Shown one piece after another: positions 26,301-38,300 of a stretch of 64,000 nucleotides of DNA. Every line of letters begins with the position of its first letter. Positions within the stretch are counted from its first letter, which is position 1. A program made the translations under genes and the position numbers. The notes beneath the pieces were generated by a model. The model saw nothing but the letters and a program-made list of their open reading frames with translations. It was not told where the DNA came from and did no database searches. Source of the DNA: the human T2T-CHM13v2.0 reference genome, Homo sapiens; the NCBI RefSeq assembly GCF_009914755.1, contig NC_060940.1. The stretch is one strand, 5' to 3'.

Positions 26301-29300
26301 GAGTTCAACCTTCCTTTAGAGAGAGCATATTTGAAACACTCTTTTTGTGGAATTTGCAAGTGGAGATTTCAAGCGCTTCGATGCCAATGGTAGAAAAGGA
26401 AATATCTTCGTATAAAAACAAGACAAACTCGTTCCCAGACACTGCGTAGTGATGTGTGTGTTTAACTCACAGAGTTTAACCTTTCTTTTCATACAGCATT
26501 CTGGAAACCCTGTGTTTGTAAAGTCTGCAAGTGGATATTTGGACCTCTTAGATGCCTTCGTTGGAAACGGGATTTCTTCATATAATGCTAGAGGGAAGAA
26601 TTCTTAGTAACTTCTTTGTGTTGTGTGTATTCAACTGACAGAGTTGAACCTTCCTTTAGACAGAGCAGATTTGAAAGTCTCTTTCTGTGGAATTTGCAAG
26701 TGGAGATTTCAAGCGCTTTGAGGCCAAAAGCAGAAAAGGAAATATTTTCCTATAAAAACTCGACAGAATCTTTCTCAGAAACTGCTCTGGGATGTGTGCG
26801 TTCAACTCACAGAGTTTAACTTTTCTTTCCATTCAGCAGTTTGGAAACACTCTGTTTGGAAAGTCTGCACGTGGATATTTTGACCTCTTTGAGGCCTTCG
26901 TTGGAAACGGGTTTTTTTCATGTAAGGCTAGACAGAAGAAATCTCAGTAACTTCCTTGTGTTGTGTGTATTCAACTGACAGAGTTGAACCTTCCTTTAGA
27001 CAGAGCAGATTCGAAACACTCTTTTTCTGCAATTTGCAAGTGGAGACTTCAAGCGCTTTGAGGCCAAAGGCAGAAAAGGAAATATCTTCGTATAAAAACC
27101 CGACAGAATCATTCTCAGAAACTGCTCTGTGATGTCTGCGTTCAACTCACAGAGTTTAACTTTTCTTTTCATTCAGCAGTTTGGAAACACTCTGTTTGTA
27201 AAGTCTGCAAGTGGATATCTTGGCCTCTTAGAGGCCTTCGTTGGAAACGGGTTTTTTCATGTAAGGTTAGACAGAGGAATTCCCAGTAACTTCCTTGTGT
27301 TGTGTGCATTCAACTCACAGAGTTGAATGATTCTTTACACAGAGCAGATTTGAGACACTCTTTTGGTGGAATTTGTAAGTGGAGAATTCAGCTGCTTTGA
27401 GGTCAACGGTAGAAAAGGAAATATCTTCGTATAAAAACTAGACAGAATGATTCTCAGAAACTGTTTTGTGATGTGTGCTTTCAACTCACAGAGTTTAACC
27501 TTTCTTTTCAAAGAGCAGTTAGGAAACACTCTGTTTGTAAAGTCTGCAAGTGGATATTCAGACCTCTTTGAGGCCTTCGTTGGAAACGGGATTTCTTCAT
27601 ATTATGCTAGACAGATGAATTCTCAGTAACTTCCTTGTGTTGTGTGTATTCAACTCACAGAGTTGAACGATCCTTTACACAGAGCAGATTTGAAACACTG
27701 TTTTTCTGGAATTTGCAAGTGGAGATTTCAGCCGCTTTGAGGTCAATGGTAGAAAAGGAAATATCTTCGTATAAAAACTAGACAGAATGATTCTCAGAAA
27801 CTCCTTTGTGATGTGTGCGTTCAACTCACAGAGTTTAACCTTTCTTTTCACAGAGCAGTTAGGAAACACTCTGTTTGTGAAGCCTGCCAGTGGATAATCG
27901 GACCTCTTTGAGGCCTTCGTTGGAAACGGGATTTCTTCATATTATGCTAGACAGAAGATTTCTCAGTAACTTCTTTGTGTTGTGTGTATGCAACTCACAG
28001 AGTTCAACCTTCCTTTAGAGAGAGCATATTTGAAACACTCTTTTTGTGGAATTTGCAAGTGGAGATTTCAAGCGCTTCGATGCCAATGGTAGAAAAGGAA
28101 ATATCTTCGTATAAAAACAAGACAAACTCGTTCCCAGACACTGCGTAGTGATGTGTGTGTTTAACTCACAGAGTTTAACCTTTCTTTTCATACAGCATTC
28201 TGGAAACCCTGTGTTTGTAAAGTCTGCAAGTGGATATTTGGACCTCTTAGATGCCTTCGTTGGAAACGGGATTTCTTCATATAATGCTAGAGGGAAGAAT
28301 TCTTAGTAACTTCTTTGTGTTGTGTGTATTCAACTGACAGAGTTGAACCTTCCTTTAGACAGAGCAGATTTGAAAGTCTCTTTCTGTGGAATTTGCAAGT
28401 GGAGATTTCAAGCGCTTTGAGGCCAAAAGCAGAAAAGGAAATATTTTCCTATAAAAACTCGACAGAATCTTTCTCAGAAACTGCTCTGGGATGTGTGCGT
28501 TCAACTCACAGAGTTTAACTTTTCTTTTCATTCAGCAGTTTGGAAACACTCTGTTTGGAAAGTCTGCACGTGGATATTTTGACCTCTTTGAGGCCTTCGT
28601 TGGAAACGGGTTTTTTTCATGTAAGGCTAGACAGAAGAAATCTCAGTAACTTCCTTGTGTTGTGTGTATTCAACTGACAGAGTTGAACCTTCCTTTAGAC
28701 AGAGCAGATTCGAAACACTCTTTTTCTGCAATTTGCAAGTGGAGACTTCAAGCGCTTTGAGGCCAAAGGCAGAAAAGGAAATATCTTCGTATAAAAACCC
28801 GACAGAATCATTCTCAGAAACTGCTCTGTGATGTGTGCGTTCAACTCACAGAGTTTAACTTTTCTTTTCATTCAGCAGTTTGGAAACACTCTGTTTGTAA
28901 AGTCTGCAAGTGGATATCTTGGCCTCTTAGAGGCCTTCGTTGGAAACGGGTTTTTTCATGTAAGGATAGACAGAGGAATTCCCAGTAACTTCCTTCTGTT
29001 GTGTGCATTCAACTCACAGAGTTGAATGATTCTTTACACAGAGCAGATTTGAGACACTCTTTTGGTGGAATTTGTAAGTGGAGAATTCAGCCGCTTTGAG
29101 GTCAACGGTAGAAAAGGAAATATCTTCGTATAAAAACTAGACAGAATGATTCTCAGAAACTGTTTTGTGATGTGTGCGTTCAACTCACAGAGTTTAACCT
29201 TTCTTTTCAGAGAGCAGTTAGGAAACACTCTGTTTGTAAAGTCTGCAAGTGGATATTCAGACCTCTTTGAGGCCTTCGTTGGAAACGGGATTTCTTCATA

Positions 29301-32300
29301 TTATGCTAGACAGATGAATTCTCAGTAACTTCCTTGTGTTGTGTGTATTCAACTCACAGAGTTGAACGATCCTTTACACAGAGCAGATTTGAAACACTGT
29401 TTTTCTGGAATTTGCAAGTGGAGATTTCAGCCGATTTGAGGTCAATGGTAGAAAAGGAAATATCTTCGTATAAAAACTAGACAGAATGATTCTCAGAAAC
29501 TCCTTTGTGATGTGTGCGTTCAACTCACAGAGTTTAACCTTTCTTTTCACAGAGCAGTTAGGAAACACTCTGTTTGTGAAGCCTGCCAGTGGATATTCGG
29601 ACCTCTTTGAGGCCTTCGTTGGAAACGGGATTTCTTCATATTATGCTAGACAGAAGATTTCTCAGTAACTTCTTTGTGTTGTGTGTATGCAACTCACAGA
29701 GTTCAACCTTCCTTTAGACAGAGCAGATTTGAAACACTCTTTTTGTGGAATTTGCAAGTGGAGATTTCAAGCGCTTCGATGCCAATGGTAGAAAAGGAAA
29801 TATCTTCGTATAAAAACAAGACAAACTCGTTCCCAGACACTGCGTAGTGATGTGTGTGTTTAACTCACAGAGTTTAACCTTTCTTTTCATACAGCATTCT
29901 GGAAACCCTGTGTTTGTAAAGTCTGCAAGTGGATATTTGGACCTCTTAGATGCCTTCGTTGGAAACGGGATTTCTTCATATAATGCTAGAGGGAAGAATT
30001 CTTAGTAACTTCTTTGTGTTGTGTGTATTCAACTGACAGAGTTGAACCTTCCTTTAGACAGAGCAGATTTGAAAGTCTCTTTTTGTGGAATTTGCAAGTG
30101 GAGATTTCAAGCACTTTGAGGCCAAAAGCAGAAAAGGAAATATTTTCCTATAAAAACTCGACAGAATCTTTCTCAGAAACTGCTCTGGGATGTGTGCGTT
30201 CAACTCACAGAGTTTAACTTTTCTTTCCATTCAGCAGTTTGGAAACACTCTGTTTGGAAAGTCTGCACGTGGATATTTTGACCTCTTTGAGGCCTTCGTT
30301 GGAAACGGGTTTTTTTCATGTAAGGCTAGACAGAAGAAATCTCAGTAATTTCCTTGTGTTGTGTGTATTCAACTGACAGAGTTGAACCTTCCTTTAGACA
30401 GAGCAGATTCGAAACACTCTTTTTCTGCAATTTGCAAGTGGAGACTTCAAGCGCTTTGAGGCCAAAGGCAGAAAAGGAAATATCTTCGTATAAAAACCCG
30501 ACAGAATCATTCTCAGAAACTGCTCTGTGATGTCTGCGTTCAACTCACAGAGTTTAACTTTTCTTTTCATTCAGCAGTTTGGAAACACTCTGTTTGTAAA
30601 GTCTGCAAGTGGATATCTTGGCCTCTTAGAGGCCTTCGTTGGAAACGGGTTTTTTCATGTAAGGTTAGACAGAGGAATTCCCAGTAACTTCCTTGTGTTG
30701 TGTGCATTCAACTCACAGAGTTGAATGATTCTTTACACAGAGCAGATTTGAGACACTCTTTTGGTGGAATTTGTAAGTGGAGAATTCAGCTGCTTTGAGG
30801 TCAACGGTAGAAAAGGAAATATCTTCGTATAAAAACTAGACAGAATGATTCTCAGAAACTGTTTTGTGATGTGTGCTTTCAACTCACAGAGTTTAACCTT
30901 TCTTTTCAAAGAGCAGTTAGGAAACACTCTGTTTGTAAAGTCTGCAAGTGGATATTCAGACCTCTTTGAGGCCTTCGTTGGAAACGGGATTTCTTCATAT
31001 TATGCTAGACAGATGAATTCTCAGTAACTTCCTTGTGTTGTGTGTATTCAACTCACAGAGTTGAACGATCCTTTACACAGAGCAGATTTGAAACACTGTT
31101 TTTCTGGAATTTGCAAGTGGAGATTTCAGCCGCTTTGAGGTCAATGGTAGAAAAGGAAATATCTTCGTATAAAAACTGGACAGAATGATTCTCAGAAACT
31201 CCTTTGTGATGTGTGCGTTCAACTCACAGAGTTTAACCTTTCTTTTCACAGAGCAGTTAGGAAACACTCTGTGAAGCCTGCCAGTGGATATTCGGACCTC
31301 TTTGAGGCCTTCGTTGGAAACGGGATTTCTTCATATTATGCTAGACAGAAGATTTCTCAGTAACTTCTTTGGGTTGTGTGTATGCAACTCACAGAGTTCA
31401 ACCTTCCTTTAGACAGAGCAGATTTGAAACACTCTTTTTGTGGAATTTGCAAGTGGAGATTTCAAGCGCTTCGATGCCAATGGTAGAAAAGGAAATATCT
31501 TCGTATAAAAACAAGACAAACTCGTTCCCAGACACTGCGTAGTGATGTGTGTGTTTAACTCACAGAGTTTAACCTTTCTTTTCATACAGCATTCTGGAAA
31601 CCCTGTGTTTGTAAAGTCTGCAAGTGGATATTTGGACCTCTTAGATGCCTTCTTTGGAAATGGGATTTCTTCATATAATGCTAGATGGAAGAATTCTTAG
31701 TAACTTCTTTGTGTTGTGTGTATTCAACTGACAGAGTTGAACCTTCCTTTAGACAGAGCAGATTTGAAAGTCTCTTTTTGTGGAATTTGCAAGTGGAGAT
31801 TTCAAGCGCTTTGAGGCCAAAAGCAGAAAAGGAAATATTTTCCTATAAAAACTAGACAGAATCTTTCTCAGAAACTGCTCTGGGATGTGTGCGTTCAACT
31901 CACAGAGTTTAACTTTTCTTTTCATTCAGCAGTTTGGAAACACCCTGTTTGGAAAGTCTGCACGTGGATATTTTGACCTCTTTGAGGCCTTCGTTGGAAA
32001 CGGGTTTTTTTCATGTAAGGCTAGACAGAAGAAATCTCAGTAACTTCCTTGTGTTGTGTGTATTCAACTGACAGAGTTGAACCTTCCTTTAGACAGAGCA
32101 GATTCGAAACACTCTTTTTCTGCAATTTGCAAGTGGAAACTTCAAGCGCTTTGAGGCCAAAGGCAGAAAAGGAAATATCTTCGTATAAAAACCCGACAGA
32201 ATCACTCTCAGAAACTGCTCTGTGATGTGTGCGTTCAACTCACAGAGTTTAACTTTTCTTTTCATTCAGCAGTTTGGAAACACTCTGTTTGTAAAGTCTG

Positions 32301-35300
32301 CAAGTGGATATCTTGGCCTCTTAAAGGCCTTCGTTGGAAACGGGTTTTTTCATGTAAGGTTAGACAGAGGAATTCCCAGTAACTTCCTTAGGTTGTGTGC
32401 ATTCAACTCACAGAGTTGAATGATTCTTTACACAGAGCAGATTTGAGACACTCTTTTGGTGGAATTTGTAAGTGGAGAATTCAGCCGCTTTGAGGTCAAC
32501 GGTAGAAAAGGAAATATCTTCGTATAAAAACTAGACAGAATGATTCTCAGAAACTGTTTTGTGATGTATGCGTTCAACTCACAGAGTTTAACCTTTCTTT
32601 TCAAAGAGCAGTTAGGAAACACTCTGTTTGTAAAGTCTGCAAGTCGATATTCAGACCTCTTTGAGGCCTTCGTTGGAAACGGGATTTCTTCATATTATGT
32701 TAGACAGATGAATTCTCAGTAACTTCCTTGTGTTGTGTGTATTCAACTCACAGAGTTGAACGATCCTTTACACAGAGCAGATTTGAAACACTGTTTTTCT
32801 GGAATTTGCAAGTGGAGATTTCAGCCGCTTTGAGGTCAATGGTAGAAAAGGAAATATCTTCGTATAAAAACTAGACAGAATGATTCTCAGAAACTCCTTT
32901 GTGATGTGTGCGTTCAACTCACAGAGTTTAACCTTTCTTTTCACAGAGCAGTTAGGAAACACTCTGTTTGTGAAGCCTGCCAGTGGATATTCGGACCTCT
33001 TTGAGGCCTTCGTTGGAAACGGGATTTCTTCATATTATGCTAGACAGAAGATTTCTCAGTAACTTCTTTGGGTTGTGTGTATGCAACTCACAGAGTTCAA
33101 CCTTCCTTTAGACAGAGCAGATTTGAAACACTCTTTTTGTGGAATTTGCAAGTGGAGATTTCAAACGCTTCGATGCCAATGGTAGAAAAGGAAATATCTT
33201 CGTATAAAAACAAGACAAACTCGTTCCCAGACACTGCGTAGTGATGTGTGTGTTTAACTCACAGAGTTTAACCTTTCTTTTCATACAGCATTCTGGAAAC
33301 CCTCTGTTTGTAAAGTCTGCAAGTGGATATTTGGACCTCTTAGATGCCTTCGTTGGAAACGGGATTTCTTCATATAATGCTAGAGGGAAGAATTCTTAGT
33401 AACTTCTTTGTGTTGTGTGTATTCAACTGACAGAGTTGAACCTTCCTTTAGACAGAGCAGATTTGAAAGTCTCTTTTTGTGGAATTTGCAAGTGGAGATT
33501 TCAAGCGCCTTGAGGCCAAAAGCAGAAAAGGAAATATTTTCCTATAAAAACTCGACAGAATCTTTCTCAGAAACTGCTCTGGGATGTGTGCGTTCAACTC
33601 ACAGAGTTTAACTTTTCTTTTCATTCAGCAGTTTGGAAACACTCTGTTTGGAAAGTCTGCACGTGGATATTTTGACCTCTTTGAGGCCTTCGTTGGAAAC
33701 GGGTTTTTTTCATGTAAGGCTAGACAGAAGAAATCTCAGTAACTTCCTTGTGTTGTGTGTATTCAACTGACAGAGTTGAACCTTCCTTTAGACAGAGCAG
33801 ATTCGAAACACTCTTTTTCTGCAATTTGCAAGTGGAGACTTCAAGCGCTTTGAGGCCAAAGGCAGAAAAGGAAATATCTTCGTATAAAAACCCGACAGAA
33901 TCATTCTCAGAAACTGCTCTGTGATGTGTGCGTTCAACTCACAGAGTTTAACTTTTCTTTTCATTCAGCAGTTTGGAAACACTCTGTTTGTAAAGTCTGC
34001 AAGTGGATATCTTGGCCTCTTAGAGGCCTTCGTTGGAAACGGGTTTTTTCATGTAAGGATAGACAGAGGAATTCCCAGTAACTTCCTTGTGTTGTGTGCA
34101 TTCAACTCACAGAGTTGAATGATTCTTTACACAGAGCAGATTTGAGACACTCTTTTGGTGGAATTTGTAAGTGGAGAATTCAGCCGCTTTGAGGTCAACG
34201 GTAGAAAAGGAAATATCTTCGTATAAAAACTAGACAGAATGATTCTCAGAAACTGTTTTGTGATGTGTGCGTTCAACTCACAGAGTTTAACCTTTCTTTT
34301 CAAAGAGCAGTTAGGAAACACTCTGTTTGTAAAGTCTGCAAGTGGATATTCAGACCTCTTTGAGGCCTTCGTTGGAAACGGGATTTCTTCATATTATGCT
34401 AGACAGATGAATTCTCAGTAACTTCCTTGTGTTGTGTGTATTCAACTCACAGAGTTGAACGATCCTTTACACAGAGCAGATTTGAAACACTGTTTTTCTG
34501 GAATTTGCAAGTGGAGATTTCAGCCGCTTTGAGGTCAATGGTAGAAAAGGAAATATCTTCGTATAAAAACTAGACAGAATGATTCTCAGAAACTCCTTTG
34601 TGATGTGTGCGTTCAACTCACAGAGTTTAACCTTTCTTTTCACAGAGCAGTTAGGAAACACTCTGTTTGTGAAGCCTGCCAGTGGATAATCGGACCTCTT
34701 TGAGGCCTTCGTTGGAAACGGGATTTCTTCATATTATGCTAGACAGAAGATTTCTCAGTAACTTCTTTGTGTTGTGTGTATGCAACTCACAGAGTTCAAC
34801 CTTTCTTTAGAGAGAGCATATTTGAAACACTCTTTTTGTGGAATTTGCAAGTGGAGATTTCAAGCGCTTCGATGCCAATGGTAGAAAAGGAAATATCTTC
34901 GTATAAAAACAAGACAAACTCGTTCCCAGACACTGCGTAGTGATGTGTGTGTTTAACTCACAGAGTTTAACCTTTCTTTTCATACAGCATTCTGGAAACC
35001 CTGTGTTTGTAAAGTCTGCAAGTGGATATTTGGACCTCTTAGATGCCTTCGTTGGAAACGGGATTTCTTCATATAATGCTAGAGGGAAGAATTCTTAGTA
35101 ACTTCTTTGTGTTGTGTGTATTCAACTGACAGAGTTGAACCTTCCTTTAGACAGAGCAGATTTGAAAGTCTCTTTTTGTGGAATTTGCAAGTGGAGATTT
35201 CAAGCGCTTTGAGGCCAAAAGCAGAAAGGGAAATATTTTCCTATAAAAACTCGACAGACTCATTCTCAGAAACTGCTCTGTGATGTGTGCGTTCAACTCA

Positions 35301-38300
35301 CAGAGTTTAACTTTTCTTTTCATTCAGCAGTTTGGAAACACTCTGTTTGGAAAGTCTGCACGTGGATATTTTGACCTCTTTGAGGCCTTCGTTGGAAACG
35401 GGTTTTTTTTATGTAAGGCTAGACAGAAGAAATCTCAGTAACTTCCTTGTGTTGTGTGTATTCAACTGACAGAGTTGAACCTTCCTTTAGACAGAGCAGA
35501 TTCGAAACACTCTTTTTCTGCAATTTGCAAGTGGAGACTTCAAGCGCTTTGAGGCCAAAGGCAGAAAAGGAAATATCTTCGTATAAAAACCCGACAGAAT
35601 CATTCTCAGAAACTGCTCTGTGATGTGTGCGTTCAACTCACAGAGTTTGACTTTTCTTTTCATTCAGCAGTTTGGAAACACTCTGTTTGTAAAGTCTGCA
35701 AGTGGATATCTTGGACTCTTAGAGGCCTTCGTTGGAAACGGGTTTTTTCATGTAAGGTTAGACAGAGGAATTCCCAGTAACTTCCTTGTGTTGTGTGCAT
35801 TCAACTCACAGAGTTGAATGATTCTTTACACAGAGCAGATTTGAGACACTCTTTTGGTGGAATTTGTAAGTGGAGAATTCAGCCGCTTTGAGGTCAACGG
35901 TAGAAAAGGAAATATCTTCGTATAAAAACTAGACAGAATGATTCTCAGAAACTGTTTTGTGATGTGTGCGTTCAACTCACACAGTTTAACCTTTCTTTTC
36001 AGAGAGCAGTTAGGAAACACTCTGTTTGTAAAGTCTGCAAGTGGATATTCAGACCTCTTTGAGGCCTTCGTTGGAAACGGGATTTCTTCATATTATGCTA
36101 GACAGATGAATTCTCAGTAACTTCCTTGTGTTGTGTGTATTCAACTCACAGAGTTGAACGATCCTTTACACAGAGCAGATTTGAAACACTGTTTTTCTGG
36201 AATTTGCAAGTGGAGATTTCAGCCGCTTTGAGGTCAATGGTAGAAAAGGAAATATCTTCGTATAAAAACTAGACAGAATGATTCTCAGAAACTCCTTTGT
36301 GATGTGTGCGTTCAACTCACAGAGTTTAACCTTTCTTTTCACAGAGCAGTTAGGAAACACTCTGTTTGTGAAGCCTGCCAGTGGATATTCGGACCTCTTT
36401 GAGGCCTTCGTTGGAAACGGGATTTCTTCATATTATGCTAGACAGAAGATTTCTCAGTAACTTCTTTGTGTTGTGTGTATGCAACTCACAGAGTTCAACC
36501 TTCCTTTAGACAGAGCAGATTTGAAACACTCTTTTTGTGGAATTTGCAAGTGGAGATTTCAAGCGCTTCGATGCCAATGGTAGAAAAGGAAATATCTTCG
36601 TATAAAAACAAGACAAACTCGTTCCCAGACACTGCGTAGTGATGTGTGTGTTTAACTCACAGAGTTTAACCTTTCTTTTCATACAGCATTCTGGAAACCC
36701 TGTGTTTGTAAAGTCTGCAAGTGGATATTTGGACCTCTTAGATGCCTTCGTTGGAAACGGGATTTCTTCATATAATGCTAGAGGGAAGAATTCTTAGTAA
36801 CTTCTTTGTGTTGTGTGTATTCAACTGACAGAGTTGAACCTTCCTTTAGACAGAGCAGATTTGAAAGTCTCTTTCTGTGGAATTTGCAAGTGGAGATTTC
36901 AAGCGCTTTGAGGCCAAAAGCAGAAAAGGAAATATTTTCCTATAAAAACTCGACAGAATCTTTCTCAGAAACTGCTCTGGGATGTGTGCGTTCAACTCAC
37001 AGAGTTTAACTTTTGTTTCCATTCAGCAGTTTGGAAACACTCTGTTTGGAAAGTCTGCACGTGGATATTTTGACCTCTTTGAGGCCTTCGTTGGAAACGG
37101 GTTTTTTTCTTGTAAGGCTAGACAGAAGAAATCTCAGTAACTTCCTTGTGTTGTGTGTATTCAACTGACAGAGTTGAACCTTCCTTTAGACAGAGCAGAT
37201 TCGAAACACTCTTTTTCTGCAATTTGCAAGTGGAGACTTCAAGCGCTTTGAGGCCAAAGGCAGAAAAGGAAATATCTTCGTATAAAAACCCGACAGAATC
37301 ATTCTCAGAAACTGCTCTGTGATGTGTGCGTTCAACTCACAGAGTTTAACTTTTCTTTTCATTCAGCAGTTTGGAAACACTCTGTTTGTAAAGTCTGCAA
37401 GTGGATATCTTGGCCTCTTAGAGGCCTTCGTTGGAAACGGGTTTTTTCATGTAAGGTTAGACAGAGGAATTCCCAGTAACTTCCTTGTGTTGTGTGCATT
37501 CAACTCACAGAGTTGAATGATTCTTTACACAGAGCAGATTTGAGACACTCTTTTGGTGGAATTTGTAAGTGGAGAATTCAGCTGCTTTGAGGTCAACGGT
37601 AGAAAAGGAAATATCTTCGTATAAAAACTAGACAGAATGATTCTCAGAAACTGTTTTGTGATGTGTGCTTTCAACTCACAGAGTTTAACCTTTCTTTTCA
37701 AAGAGCAGTTAGGAAACACTCTGTTTGTAAAGTCTGCAAGTGGATATTCAGACCTCTTTGAGGCCTTCGTTGGAAACGGGATTTCTTCATATTATGCTAG
37801 ACAGATGAATTCTCAGTAACTTCCTTGTGTTGTGTGTATTCAACTCACAGAGTTGAACGATCCTTTACACAGAGCAGATTTGAAACACTGTTTTTCTGGA
37901 ATTTGCAAGTGGAGATTTCAGCCGCTTTGAGGTCAATGGTAGAAAAGGAAATATCTTCGTATAAAAACTAGACAGAATGATTCTCAGAAACTCCTTTGTG
38001 ATGTGTGCGTTCAACTCACAGAGTTTAACCTTTCTTTTCACAGAGCAGTTAGGAAACACTCTGTTTGTGAAGCCTGCCAGTGGATATTCGGACCTCTTTG
38101 AGGCCTTCGTTGGAAACGGGATTTCTTCATATTATGCTAGACAGAAGATTTCTCAGTAACTTCTTTGTGTTGTGTGTATGCAACTCACAGAGTTCAACCT
38201 TCCTTTAGACAGAGCAGATTTGAAACACTCTTTTTGTGGAATTTGCAAGTGGAGATTTCAAACGCTTCGATGCCAATGGTAGAAAAGGAAATATCTTCGT

